The notes under the pieces: model-generated | The model's database searches: none | What the model was told of the DNA's origin: nothing | Seen by the model: the letters and a program-made list of their open reading frames with translations, nothing else | Shown here: positions 9,137 through 18,635 of the stretch, in pieces | Numbering within the stretch: the first letter of the stretch is position 1 | Layout: each line of letters opens with the position of its first letter | Program-made: the position numbers and the translations under genes | IMG/VR virus record: IMGVR_UViG_3300028920_000044 | Coordinates: 1 to 64,000 of that record | Source of the DNA: a virus | Strand: one strand, 5' to 3' | DNA length: 64,000 nt

Positions 9137-9682
9137 ATGGAAAAGAAGTGGTATTTTGCAATAGGTTATATGTTAAGTATTGTGTTGGCGAATTTGACAG
9201 TCGCTTATTTTGGTTTAGTTACATGGTTCGGATGGCTTGTATTCCCCGCTGGAGCAATCTGGATTGGACTTTGTTTCTCTCTAAGAGATTTTGTTCAACG
9301 GGAATTTGGGCATAAAGATGTTTGGTATTTCATGATAGCAACCACTGTTATTACTACAATCATGAGTATCATTTTATCACACCTTCCTGTACCATTATGG
9401 AAGGTTGCTGTAGGATCTGCATTAGCATTTATTGTGTCTGAAGCTATCGATTGGTTGGTTTACTATTATCTTAAGAAAGATATCATTTGGAGGATATGTG
9501 TGTCCAACTTATTTAGTGTACCAATTGACTCTATAATATTCGTGGGAATAGTCTTCGGAAGTTTTAGCTTTCTCGCGCCTCCAGTATGGGGACAGACAAT
9601 AGTCAAATATATAAGTGGGCTGTTAGTTATACCGATCATTATCTATTTTCGCAAAAAAACAGCAGAACCTGTAACAGCATAA
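9137..9682 (+). CDS. yhhQ: VUT/YhhQ family queuosine-precursor (preQ0/preQ1) transporter
   Basis: Multi-TM; IVLAN, PAGAIWIG..FSLRDFVQ, AFIVSE.ID..VY, SN.FS.PIDS..F, GQ..VK. Confidence 0.85.
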   Translation: MEKKWYFAIGYMLSIVLANLTVAYFGLVTWFGWLVFPAGAIWIGLCFSLRDFVQREFGHKDVWYFMIATTVITTIMSIILSHLPVPLWKVAVGSALAFIVSEAIDWLVYYYLKKDIIWRICVSNLFSVPIDSIIFVGIVFGSFSFLAPPVWGQTIVKYISGLLVIPIIIYFRKKTAEPVTA

Positions 9683-9695
9683 GGAGATTTAAGAA

Positions 9696-10073
9696 ATGAA
9701 AGTTAAACTGAATTTCTTACTAGGGCAACCTACAGTTAATGGTCGATTTTACGAACCTACGATGTTGAAAGAACAAATAGATAATTTAATTAAAGTAAAC
9801 GGTTGCATATTAGTAGGCCCGGATTCAAAACAAATTAATGAAGCAGATGGGTCTGTTGCTGAAGAAGTTATTGTCGGATCTGTCAAAGAATATGAGATTC
9901 TTGAAACCGGAGAAGTGATCTTTGAAGTTGAAGGAATGACAGATCAAACAGAAGCTTATATTTCTAAAAATCCTGGCGTAATTAAACTTTCAATATTTGG
10001 TTTCGGTAACATGGATGAAAACAAAGTTGTCCGAGACTTTACACTCACGTCATTATTTATGACAATGGACTAG
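9696..10073 (+). CDS. degenerate prohead-protease-like protein
   Basis: NGRFY N-terminal motif and collinearity with 23088..23870, but catalytic His and Asp motifs missing. Confidence 0.5.
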   Translation: MKVKLNFLLGQPTVNGRFYEPTMLKEQIDNLIKVNGCILVGPDSKQINEADGSVAEEVIVGSVKEYEILETGEVIFEVEGMTDQTEAYISKNPGVIKLSIFGFGNMDENKVVRDFTLTSLFMTMD

Positions 10074-10080
10074 GCTATGC

Positions 10081-10767
10081 ATGAAAAAAAATATTCTACA
10101 ACGGCTTGCCGAAAGAGTATTACCTGTATCTCTATTAATGGAGCTAAATAAACGAGAAAGGCAAACATTTAAAGGGGAAAATATGTTTAAAGTTGTAAAA
10201 GATGTGGATGAAATACAGTCAATAGCTTCTCAGGCTAAATTAGAAAAAAATATTTTCATTTGTACCCGTTCGAATGAACGATTGATCCGGCAAAACATAG
10301 ACGGAACTCTCAGTCTGATTTTAAATCGTGACGAAAACTTATCTACGGGGAAAAGTGCCTTCGGTGGGAGTATGTCAGTATTTGAGTATTGGCCCCAGAT
10401 AAAGATGTCCATTCCGCAAGGAATTAAAATTCATATAGACGACCCATCATTCTCCTTTAATTTCTTTGATAAGATTTATCCAGACTGTAAAATGTTTTAT
10501 GAGAGTAATAAAGAAACAGACTCAAAGTCGACATCGTTTAATGAATTGCCACCGCATTTTATAATGACAGATTTTTATATCACATTTTATATTGATCTAC
10601 ACAGATTAAAGAACATCAATAAAACATTTCTTCTTAAAAAAGGGCAAAGTATCGCGAATATATTCTTAAGCGAATTGCCACATTTTAGAGATTATGGTGG
10701 TGAATTAGAAAACATATATCTTATCATGAATGATGAGATATTTAAAACATTCATTGACATATTTTAA
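10081..10767 (+). CDS. hypothetical protein, possible degenerate trimeric dUTPase fold
   Basis: FLLKKGQSIANIF resembles dUTPase motif IV; other motifs not recognisable. Confidence 0.35.
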   Translation: MKKNILQRLAERVLPVSLLMELNKRERQTFKGENMFKVVKDVDEIQSIASQAKLEKNIFICTRSNERLIRQNIDGTLSLILNRDENLSTGKSAFGGSMSVFEYWPQIKMSIPQGIKIHIDDPSFSFNFFDKIYPDCKMFYESNKETDSKSTSFNELPPHFIMTDFYITFYIDLHRLKNINKTFLLKKGQSIANIFLSELPHFRDYGGELENIYLIMNDEIFKTFIDIF

Positions 10768-10769
10768 TA

Positions 10770-10791
10770 ATTTCAATTTATATAAAGAAAT
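10770..10791 (+). promoter_or_regulatory. phage promoter/operator motif
   Basis: ATTTC-AATTTA-TATAAAGAAAT; a half copy TATATAGAAAT at 10880-10890. Confidence 0.7.
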
Positions 10792-10803
10792 TATATAGAT
10801 AGT

Positions 10804-10880
10804 TGTTCATGTTTTTATTCTGCTTTAAACATGAACATCTCCTTCTGCGGGCGCTCCCTTGTCAGGGGCGCCCCAACTTT
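10804..10880 (+). ncRNA. candidate two-hairpin small RNA
   Basis: Perfect 11-bp stem 10804-10837, then GGGCGCTCC/GGGGCGCCC stem from 10849; no ORF. Confidence 0.4.
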
Positions 10881-11009
10881 ATATAGAAATTGTAAATACA
10901 AGTTGTCTCAATTATAATCTTTTATTAGGGCTACATAGGGTGAGATAAAAAGAAAATATAAAGGAAACACCATCTCATAACCCATAACCCTAAACAAAGG
11001 AGAAGTATT

Positions 11010-11297
11010 ATGAGTGCAGACAACGGAGTTTACATTCTAATCACCCCGGTATCTTTAGATGATTTAGAAAATGTCTTAGAATATCGGGTTGCTCATTGCC
11101 GGGCAATCGAAAATATTTATTCTGAAGAGAATCAAAAGAAATATCTTCAGATGTATTTCGGTGAATGTCAACCAACTACATTACGTCTGGCAGCAATAAC
11201 AGAGGCACACGATCTATATGATTCAATTGAAAAAGATGGCATCGTTGAATACGGTGTCCAAACTATCCGATTGAATATTATATTTCCTACCCTCTAG
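11010..11297 (+). CDS. conserved phage hypothetical protein (MSADNGVYIL type)
   Basis: AAGGAG RBS; N-terminal MSADNG and C-terminal EYGV motifs. Confidence 0.75.
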   Translation: MSADNGVYILITPVSLDDLENVLEYRVAHCRAIENIYSEENQKKYLQMYFGECQPTTLRLAAITEAHDLYDSIEKDGIVEYGVQTIRLNIIFPTL

Positions 11298-11307
11298 AAT
11301 TGCAAAG

Positions 11308-11343
11308 ACTGGGTAACTCTACCTTTGGAGTTACCCAGTTTTT
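11308..11343 (+). terminator. intrinsic terminator
   Basis: ACTGGGTAACTCTA-CCTT-TGGAGTTACCCAGT followed by TTTT. Confidence 0.85.
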
Positions 11344-11363
11344 ACCTTTAAGAAAGGAGGACA

Positions 11364-11729
11364 ATGAGCGAAGAATACATTATAACATCTTACGCTAAGA
11401 TGCGTATGATTCAAAGGAGTATTCCTCGCCTTTGGATCAACACAGCATTCAAGTATGGTTCAAAACGCAATGGGAGAACTAACACCATACAAATCTCTTT
11501 CGGTAAAAATTTATGCCAAAATGTAATTGATCACATTATTGATCAAGTCTGCGAAAGAGATTCTATCGAGGAAAACGAATTTAAAGAAGTAGCGGAAGAA
11601 ATAAAGTCGATAAAAAAACTTAAAGATTTGGGAGGATTGCAGATCATTTTTAATAATTATACTAAAGAGATCGTAACTCTGTATACAACAAATGATACAA
11701 CGAAAAGAGCACGATTTCGAGTGTTTTAG
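11364..11729 (+). CDS. DUF4258/RelE-like fold protein
   Basis: T(S)YAKMRMIQRSI resembles T.HA..RM.QR.I; C-terminal IVTLY. Confidence 0.5.
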   Translation: MSEEYIITSYAKMRMIQRSIPRLWINTAFKYGSKRNGRTNTIQISFGKNLCQNVIDHIIDQVCERDSIEENEFKEVAEEIKSIKKLKDLGGLQIIFNNYTKEIVTLYTTNDTTKRARFRVF

Positions 11730-11731
11730 TT

Positions 11732-11753
11732 TTTAATCGTTATGTATAGAAAT
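11732..11753 (+). promoter_or_regulatory. degenerate phage promoter/operator motif
   Basis: TTTAA-TCGTTA-TGTATAGAAAT-AATAT. Confidence 0.5.
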
Positions 11754-11803
11754 AATATAATCTATACTAACCAAACTAACCAACTTAAAAGGAGATAAAG
11801 ATC

Positions 11804-11959
11804 ATGAGTTTAGCAGCCATGGGGTTAATCACTTTCGCAACTGGCGGATTGTTAGGTAGCGTATTTGGCTTTAAATGGGTTGTATATACCGCTTTGCTGC
11901 TAACAGCAGCAGAAGCATACAAACGAGCCACAACAGATGAAGAAGAAACAACCAATTAA
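11804..11959 (+). CDS. 51-aa membrane protein (not in ORF track)
   Basis: AAGGAG RBS; MSLAAMGLITFATGGLLGSVFGFKWVVYTALLLTAAEAYKRAITDEEETTN; own promoter motif and terminator. Confidence 0.75.
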   Translation: MSLAAMGLITFATGGLLGSVFGFKWVVYTALLLTAAEAYKRATTDEEETTN

Positions 11960-11963
11960 CAAC

Positions 11964-11997
11964 AGTGGCCCTTCGGGGCTGCTCAATCTTTTTTTTT
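11964..11997 (+). terminator. intrinsic terminator ending the + block
   Basis: AGTGGCCC-TTCG-GGGCTGCT then a T10 run. Confidence 0.85.
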
Positions 11998-12011
11998 GAA
12001 AGTAAACTGGT

Positions 12012-12050
12012 AAAAATGGAGATCGAGGGCAAGGTTCTCGATCTCCATTT
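12012..12050 (-). terminator. terminator of the tail tube/sheath operon
   Basis: Perfect 14-bp inverted repeat AAATGGAGATCGAG/CTCGATCTCCATTT at the convergence point. Confidence 0.8.
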
Positions 12051-12100
12051 ATGCCTGACAACATTGGGAGGCGAAGTCAATGATTATCTGGCACTACTCT

Positions 12101-12898
12101 TTATGCTCCTGCTGGAGTAGGACTACCACCACCAAATACAGTCTCTAATCCGTTCTTGTAATTCTCATATGTGTTGAATGTTTTAAAGTCTGAGAACCAC
12201 GCAGCTGCATCTTTTCTTTTTATTTCAGCAGAACCTAATGGTGCTCCGTCAAAACTAAATGTAACACTTAGTTGAACAGTATCATTACCTGTAATATCAC
12301 TTGCTGCAGCAGTATCAACAGGGATAGTTGTTGGAAAGACTCCCTGATAAACATATAATTCTTCAATATCATCCGCATCAAAAGCAGCCGCTTGAGATTT
12401 AACGGGTTTTGTTTGTATAATACAGGCAGCACCTTTATAATTATTCGGTATAAATTCATTACCTTTAAGAGGTGATACACCAGTGAACGGATCGAAAATT
12501 GCGGCCCACTGCCTCACAACACTCAAAATAGGCATGTTCTGGTATTCCCTAAAGGTACATGTAAACTCACGAGTTGTAGCCACTGATGATATAAAGCTCG
12601 ACCCAACTTGACCCTGTCCTGCAACATCAACTTTATTTAATGTTTGGGTATGCGGAGTAAAACCTTCAACAGTAGAATGCAACCAAGTCGCCGATTGTCC
12701 TGCATTCTCCTTAAACAACTTTTGAGGTAGTGAAAACAATACTTGAAAATAACCAGAGATATAAGGTTGGTTCATTCTAAATTGCCCGCCAATATCTCTA
12801 GTTGCAAGGTCAGGCATCGATGAAACTTTATCACCGTTGCTACCACCAATCTCTGTGAAATTAGCACCTAATCTAGTTAGGATATTTTCTGAAGCCAT
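12101..12898 (-). CDS. tail tube protein (T4 gp19-like)
   Basis: Directly downstream of sheath; FTCTFREY, W....DP.TG, GVFPT, LSVTFSFD pattern. Confidence 0.8.
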   Translation of the reverse strand: MASENILTRLGANFTEIGGSNGDKVSSMPDLATRDIGGQFRMNQPYISGYFQVLFSLPQKLFKENAGQSATWLHSTVEGFTPHTQTLNKVDVAGQGQVGSSFISSVATTREFTCTFREYQNMPILSVVRQWAAIFDPFTGVSPLKGNEFIPNNYKGAACIIQTKPVKSQAAAFDADDIEELYVYQGVFPTTIPVDTAAASDITGNDTVQLSVTFSFDGAPLGSAEIKRKDAAAWFSDFKTFNTYENYKNGLETVFGGGSPTPAGA

Positions 12899-12922
12899 TT
12901 GAATCCTCCATTAATACTATAA

Positions 12923-14905
12923 TTAGTGAACAATAATATAAACATTAATTCTTTCAATTGCTCGAATTGGCGTAATGTTACAATAAATATTCAATTCTGA
13001 TCTAATATCATCAAACTCAACACTAACATTGAAAGATTTAAGAATACTGTATCTTTCCAAAGAAGGATTCTCAACAAATTGACCTAGGAATTCAGTTACC
13101 CTAAAATTCGCCTGATTAATCCAGTACGTGGTTGCTTTTCTTTGGAGAATATCTTTCAACAATGTCGGGATAACTTTCCTAATATACGCAACAAACTTAG
13201 CAACGTGCCCACGTTTAAGAACGGAGAGTCGCTTCCAAGTTGTTAGCTGAGAAAGAATGTATTTACCTTGAGGTTCGACAATTACTGGATTAAGTTCTAC
13301 ATCGAGCAAATCACCTCTTTCAGTATGATTTGCTTTATACGACAATTCAATATTCTCTGCAATAGCACCTTTTTCAATATTAGCAACCGGTTCACCAATA
13401 AAATATACGCCATCACAGTACAGATGTCTTTCAATAGCGTGATATACTGGACTCATATAAGTCCATCTTCCTGTATATTGATCAAATACTTTACGGTATT
13501 GGACATAAAGCATAGAAGTCCAATTATTCCAGGGAACATCATTTAATCTTGCACTCAAGTCATCTTCATATTTATTGAAGTTTGTTCCTGTATCTGCAAG
13601 ATGTATACAGTCCTGCCGATAATCTGCAAGATACCTTGCACCATCTTGAATTTCTGAAGGAAACCCACCAGACACAATGTAATCTGGTTCATACCAAGGA
13701 TATACGCATTCCGGTAACTGCTCGATAGATCCGTCAACACTCTGTAAGTCACCCTTAAATGCTTGTTTAACCAAACCAAGAACTGTAGGAGTAGCTGCAA
13801 TGTCACCAGATATAGCATCAAAAAGACCAGTTCCATCAGTACCATTTTCTAATGCTAACCCACCACTAGAAATATTCAATGTACCAATAGGTCCAGTTTC
13901 ACTTAACAGAAGTGTAACCTGAAGACGCTTATCTTCGGCAGTTGGGCCAGACACTAACTGATCGATTGCTCCACCAGTAACTGCTTTTATATAGATACTT
14001 TCTCTATCAATTACATCTTCAATAAACATTACATTACCAGTGGTTAAATCACGAATCGTATTACCTTCTGCATTTCTCGGAATCAATGAAACAGTCCAAG
14101 GTCCTTCTATCAATCTCTCTGTACCATCTTCTTTAACAAAGTAGATAGCAATATCCATAAATATGTATTTATACAAAGGATTACCAGCATCGTCGGTCCA
14201 CATCTTTTCCATTTCGACGTTTCGAGTACCTTTGATGCGAAGATTATTGTAGTATGCACCAGCACCAGTTGCATAGAAATGATAAATAGCTTCTGGATCT
14301 GTAGCTGGTAGGTCCCCAACAGCAGTCACGTTAGGAGTTGATTCCCCACTAAACGGAGTGTACTTGACAGAACTTGCGGTTCCAGTTGCGCCCGTATAAT
14401 CGTTTGCTAAAACGATAAGGAATCCAGCCGTATCGTCCTTACTCACAATTTGTTCTGCTTCTGCATTCGTATCACCATCAGCATAAATCCAATCACCAAT
14501 ATCGAACGCATCGTACCCTGCTTGGGTATCACAAACAACTTGATCCGAATCAGTAGTGAAATTAAAATCTTCGGCTATTGTTTGAATTGAGGTAGTAGAT
14601 AATTTTAGACTCGCGTTTGACCAATCTGAATCTTCGGGAACAACGCGACAAACCAATACTTTTCCTGTATAATCTAATGCTTTATCGATCTGATAAAATG
14701 ACTGGCTAACTCGTCTAATATCAGGTTGTCCGAATAGTTGATGAAATTCTTCCTTCGAGGTTACAGTGACAATTCGATTATGAGGACCTCGATCACACAA
14801 TATTACCGAATATACCGTCCTTCCAATTTCCAGCGTGGGAGCTATATAGCTAGCATCCTCGATGGTAACATAGACAGCAGGCTCCCTTCTATCTGTAACT
14901 GGCAT
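12923..14905 (-). CDS. contractile tail sheath protein (T4 gp18-like)
   Basis: PAVYVTIED.S N-terminus, RGP...TVTS..EF...FG.P, C-terminal ELNI...ITPIRAIERINV. Confidence 0.92.
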   Translation of the reverse strand: MPVTDRREPAVYVTIEDASYIAPTLEIGRTVYSVILCDRGPHNRIVTVTSKEEFHQLFGQPDIRRVSQSFYQIDKALDYTGKVLVCRVVPEDSDWSNASLKLSTTSIQTIAEDFNFTTDSDQVVCDTQAGYDAFDIGDWIYADGDTNAEAEQIVSKDDTAGFLIVLANDYTGATGTASSVKYTPFSGESTPNVTAVGDLPATDPEAIYHFYATGAGAYYNNLRIKGTRNVEMEKMWTDDAGNPLYKYIFMDIAIYFVKEDGTERLIEGPWTVSLIPRNAEGNTIRDLTTGNVMFIEDVIDRESIYIKAVTGGAIDQLVSGPTAEDKRLQVTLLLSETGPIGTLNISSGGLALENGTDGTGLFDAISGDIAATPTVLGLVKQAFKGDLQSVDGSIEQLPECVYPWYEPDYIVSGGFPSEIQDGARYLADYRQDCIHLADTGTNFNKYEDDLSARLNDVPWNNWTSMLYVQYRKVFDQYTGRWTYMSPVYHAIERHLYCDGVYFIGEPVANIEKGAIAENIELSYKANHTERGDLLDVELNPVIVEPQGKYILSQLTTWKRLSVLKRGHVAKFVAYIRKVIPTLLKDILQRKATTYWINQANFRVTEFLGQFVENPSLERYSILKSFNVSVEFDDIRSELNIYCNITPIRAIERINVYIIVH

Positions 14906-14954
14906 AATTATTCTCCTTATGATAATAATATAATTTTACTTGATAATGTAAAAT

Positions 14955-15650
14955 TTAACAAAGTATATACCAATTTATTGTTAAGTCACTCTCTTTCTCT
15001 TTCCATTTAGGCGGGAAACAGATATGGCTAAACATTTTGACATCTGGTGTAGCATCAACAAAATAAAGACCAGCTTCAGATACTTGCACGGATTCTCCTG
15101 AGAGAATTCCTGAAGGCTCTCCAGCGGGCACTTTACATACACATTTGACCTTAGTATAATATGTACATGCTCCTCCACCATAATCATCTGGTTCTAATAA
15201 TATTTCACCGTCCACTGTTACTGGTTTAACTGAATCTTGATAGTTATGGATATTATCACCAGCATCATAATTTGACGGTTCATCAAGATAGCTTGTATTT
15301 CCCAGTTGAATTGGTTCATTAAGAGCTGTATCACAAATGTAAGGACCTAATAATGTGTAAGTATTACCACTTGAAGTTGCTCCACCACTTCCTATTGAGA
15401 AGTGACCTATGGTATAACCAGTATAGTTTGGTCTAGAGCCACCATCATACGCGGAGGTATTGAATAATTTCTGAGCTACAAACTCTCTGCCTTGGGCGAC
15501 TACGAGATTGTTACCCTCGAATACTTTTTTGTGATTTAGTAATACTTGAACCCAGCCAACAGGTCCTCGCTGCGGGGTCTTTTTATCACCCGCGGCCAAC
15601 CTATCAAATATCTTATAGTCGTCCTTTTCGAAAATAACTAAGTTTGACAC
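14955..15650 (-). CDS. baseplate/tail-fibre collar protein
   Basis: NLVV..GRE, IG.GG, DTAL, SEAGLY, MFS...FP...K.....L.I.W motifs. Confidence 0.7.
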   Translation of the reverse strand: MSNLVIFEKDDYKIFDRLAAGDKKTPQRGPVGWVQVLLNHKKVFEGNNLVVAQGREFVAQKLFNTSAYDGGSRPNYTGYTIGHFSIGSGGATSSGNTYTLLGPYICDTALNEPIQLGNTSYLDEPSNYDAGDNIHNYQDSVKPVTVDGEILLEPDDYGGGACTYYTKVKCVCKVPAGEPSGILSGESVQVSEAGLYFVDATPDVKMFSHICFPPKWKEKESDLTINWYILC

Positions 15651-15668
15651 AATTTTTCCTCCTAATCT

Positions 15669-17567
15669 TCAGATAATCGTATACATATCATCAATTTGAT
15701 AAATATCTCCCTGAACAGGCATATCAACATTCTTAATAGGATCTTCTCCCGGAGTAACCGTTGTATTCTGAGTCATAATAAAACTGGTATGACTTATCTC
15801 TGAACCAAACGAAAGTGAACTATCTAAATTCACAGTAAACATCAGCTCTGTTTCAGATTTAATGTTTAAAACCTCTGAGAAGTTTTGAGCGATAGTTACT
15901 AAATAATCTAAATTAAAAGTTAAATTATCTATTCGTTGTAATTCATCAAAAACTTTGGCACCACTTACAATACCCAAACTATCGCGAGAATCCTTAAGTT
16001 GATCTATTTTTTCCTTCATGTCATTTACACTTACCATACTAGAATTAGTTTGATTCATACTAGCTACAATATATTCTAACAATAACATATCTCGAGAAGT
16101 ATCTCCTAACTGTTCCTCCAAATCTTCCGATAACGTCCACGCACCATGAATAAAAGCTACATCTGCAACATTAGCATCAGATTGCTTATATAACTCTAAT
16201 TGTATATATTTCTCATCTATCAAACTCAATAGTTCATATTTTATCATCTCAAAATGAAACCAATGTTTATCTGATAAAATCGTACTACTGAATTTATCTT
16301 GATAAGTAAGTACATTTGATATTGTTGACAATAGTTCTGTATGGTAAGGTTTAAAATTATAGAGTAGGATATACGAGGTTGTGTCTTCAGGGTTAATTGT
16401 TAGTTGAGGTAAACTGGCGAAAAAATAGTCAACGTACTCTATAAACGGATCATCAAAGGATACGCCAATCGAGGTGTTATATGTATCTCTGAAATATAAG
16501 AGAGAACTATAAATTTCATTGATTATTAAATCGATTTCTTTTTTCTCATCGATTGATTGAGTTATTCGATGATCAATATAATCTGAGAACGTAGTATCTA
16601 GATTGTCTAGTCGGTTCTTCATGTCAGCAGATGTTAAATTCTCACTTTGGACATACTGCGCAAAAAATTCAAAATTGTCTTGATAGAACTTATCTATTTC
16701 TTGATTATTACTTAATCCCTGATATTCATCCAAAAGATCTTTAAGATCATAAATACTAAATGGATTATGAAATTCGTCAAACTGCAACATGTAAGTCGAG
16801 CTAGGTATTTTTAACCATTCAGTACCATAATAGCGACAAGCTAAATAATACCATGCGTAATAAATTGACTTAATGGTTAATGAGTATTGACTATCACTAA
16901 AATATACATTTACATAATTATCTTTATACTCTTTTAAAAATGTAGATATGATAAGATTATTAAGGAGTGATATGTCGTTGACTATCTGCTCATCTAAAAG
17001 GAGTATGTTAGATTTTATCGGCAAAGTTATTTGATTGTTCACTCTAAGATTTTCTAATTGAGTTTTATGAATTAAAAAGTTCGGAACACTATCATAAACC
17101 GTTTCATAAGGTATTTTCTCTTGTACTTCTTTAAGAGAAGTATCTTGATATACTATGACTGGTTTAAATATCCAATCATCATTAGCTTCATCATAATCTA
17201 TAAAGAGTTCATACACGTTAAATGTGTCATCAAAACTTTTACCAATTTTTCTTATAAAATCAATGGTTCCTTTGTACCTTCTAAAATCACTTAGCGATTT
17301 CAAGAAAACAATCTTTTCTTTATAACTTAGTTTGTTTATTACTTGTTGGGGTACACCAATCGCGATCAAAAACTTGTCATAAACACTAGATTTAATTTCC
17401 TGATTTTCATAAAGTGTCTTCAAATTATCTGGAACCTGACCATATAAATCATCGTAATAATAATCAACTAAGAAGTTAATCAACCCTACAAAAAGCTTAT
17501 CGTTTCTATAAGCAGGATAAGTTTCAATATATTTTTCGAAGTACTCCTTTATCTCTTCTTTTTTCAT
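15669..17567 (-). CDS. baseplate wedge protein (P2 gpI/T4 gp7-like)
   Basis: RYKGT and FKPYHTEL motifs; context. Confidence 0.6.
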   Translation of the reverse strand: MKKEEIKEYFEKYIETYPAYRNDKLFVGLINFLVDYYYDDLYGQVPDNLKTLYENQEIKSSVYDKFLIAIGVPQQVINKLSYKEKIVFLKSLSDFRRYKGTIDFIRKIGKSFDDTFNVYELFIDYDEANDDWIFKPVIVYQDTSLKEVQEKIPYETVYDSVPNFLIHKTQLENLRVNNQITLPIKSNILLLDEQIVNDISLLNNLIISTFLKEYKDNYVNVYFSDSQYSLTIKSIYYAWYYLACRYYGTEWLKIPSSTYMLQFDEFHNPFSIYDLKDLLDEYQGLSNNQEIDKFYQDNFEFFAQYVQSENLTSADMKNRLDNLDTTFSDYIDHRITQSIDEKKEIDLIINEIYSSLLYFRDTYNTSIGVSFDDPFIEYVDYFFASLPQLTINPEDTTSYILLYNFKPYHTELLSTISNVLTYQDKFSSTILSDKHWFHFEMIKYELLSLIDEKYIQLELYKQSDANVADVAFIHGAWTLSEDLEEQLGDTSRDMLLLEYIVASMNQTNSSMVSVNDMKEKIDQLKDSRDSLGIVSGAKVFDELQRIDNLTFNLDYLVTIAQNFSEVLNIKSETELMFTVNLDSSLSFGSEISHTSFIMTQNTTVTPGEDPIKNVDMPVQGDIYQIDDMYTII

Positions 17568-18499
17568 AATCCGCTCATTACGATCGCAAGTAATTCTTTA
17601 GAAGAAGTAATTGCTTTATCTGTTTCAGGGTTTCCCCCGATTAAATAATCGATGGTTTTATTTTCTATTAAATCATACACCTCAAATTTAATATTCTCTT
17701 CATCGAATTTAATTTCATCTAAACTTGAGTATTGTATCTCACAATAGTCTCGATATCCGTACGGGGATTTTGATCCTTCAAATAATCTATTCCAATTGTT
17801 ACCAAATTCTCTTTTAAAAAGCAACATTATTTCGTTAAGAATAATAATCACTTTGTTATCATAAGAATACAGATCTTCTCGAATGTTATAATATTCATTA
17901 ATTACATTTAATGTTTCGGATATTTTATTTAACCATGATATCTTATCTAGATAGTCTTTATATAAAAGATATTTCTCTTTCGATAAGTCATAGACATATC
18001 GATTGTGTATTTTTAAATTATCTGTATTCTTTAATGGTGCGTAATCTAGGTCTGCTTCAAACCAGGTGACAGCAGGATCTGAATGTATTAGATTTGTTGT
18101 TGCTCTTACACCTGTTATTCTAAATATTTCACCAGATTCAATTGGATGTGTGAATACGACTAAATCATGTATTCTAGGTCTTCTAATAGTGAACAATGTA
18201 ACGGATGATGTTCCATCGATTCTTTGCCCGTCTAGATCCTGTACATTCATAATTGAATTTGAGACAGGAGCTATATAGAAGACCGGAGTAAGCTCATAAA
18301 TATCAAACCGAACTTCTGAGATTCCATAGATATCCAGAGTTGACTCCAGAGTTTTTTCGTAAATCGATTGTTCTATATTAATATTATAATACCTTACGAA
18401 AACACCAGTTCTCATAATGTTTTGATATTGATTAATTTGAGAAAGGAAGTCTTCGTGATAACTTTGAAGTAATTGAGGTTCATGTAAAGCTGTTAACAT
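17564..18499 (-). CDS. putative neck/head-closure protein (gp14-like)
   Basis: VRYY.......YE, PRIHDLVVF, IFRITGV; context. Confidence 0.45.
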   Translation of the reverse strand: MLTALHEPQLLQSYHEDFLSQINQYQNIMRTGVFVRYYNINIEQSIYEKTLESTLDIYGISEVRFDIYELTPVFYIAPVSNSIMNVQDLDGQRIDGTSSVTLFTIRRPRIHDLVVFTHPIESGEIFRITGVRATTNLIHSDPAVTWFEADLDYAPLKNTDNLKIHNRYVYDLSKEKYLLYKDYLDKISWLNKISETLNVINEYYNIREDLYSYDNKVIIILNEIMLLFKREFGNNWNRLFEGSKSPYGYRDYCEIQYSSLDEIKFDEENIKFEVYDLIENKTIDYLIGGNPETDKAITSSKELLAIVMSGL

Positions 18500-18529
18500 G
18501 ATATATCCTCGCCCTCTTGATTAGATTAA

Positions 18530-18551
18530 ATTTCTAAAAATATATAGAAAT
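18530..18551 (+). promoter_or_regulatory. phage promoter/operator motif
   Basis: ATTTC-TAAAAA-TATATAGAAAT. Confidence 0.75.
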
Positions 18552-18635
18552 ATTATTACTGTCTGTTACTTTACAATATAGGGTGTGGATTTTTTACTAT
18601 AAATATAAATATTTAGGAGGAGGAGAAAATTCTGA

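Noticed and set aside
18598-18611. T4 late promoter TATAAATA (two overlapping copies)
   Set aside because: Not seen upstream of capsid or tail genes; expected by chance in AT-rich DNA.
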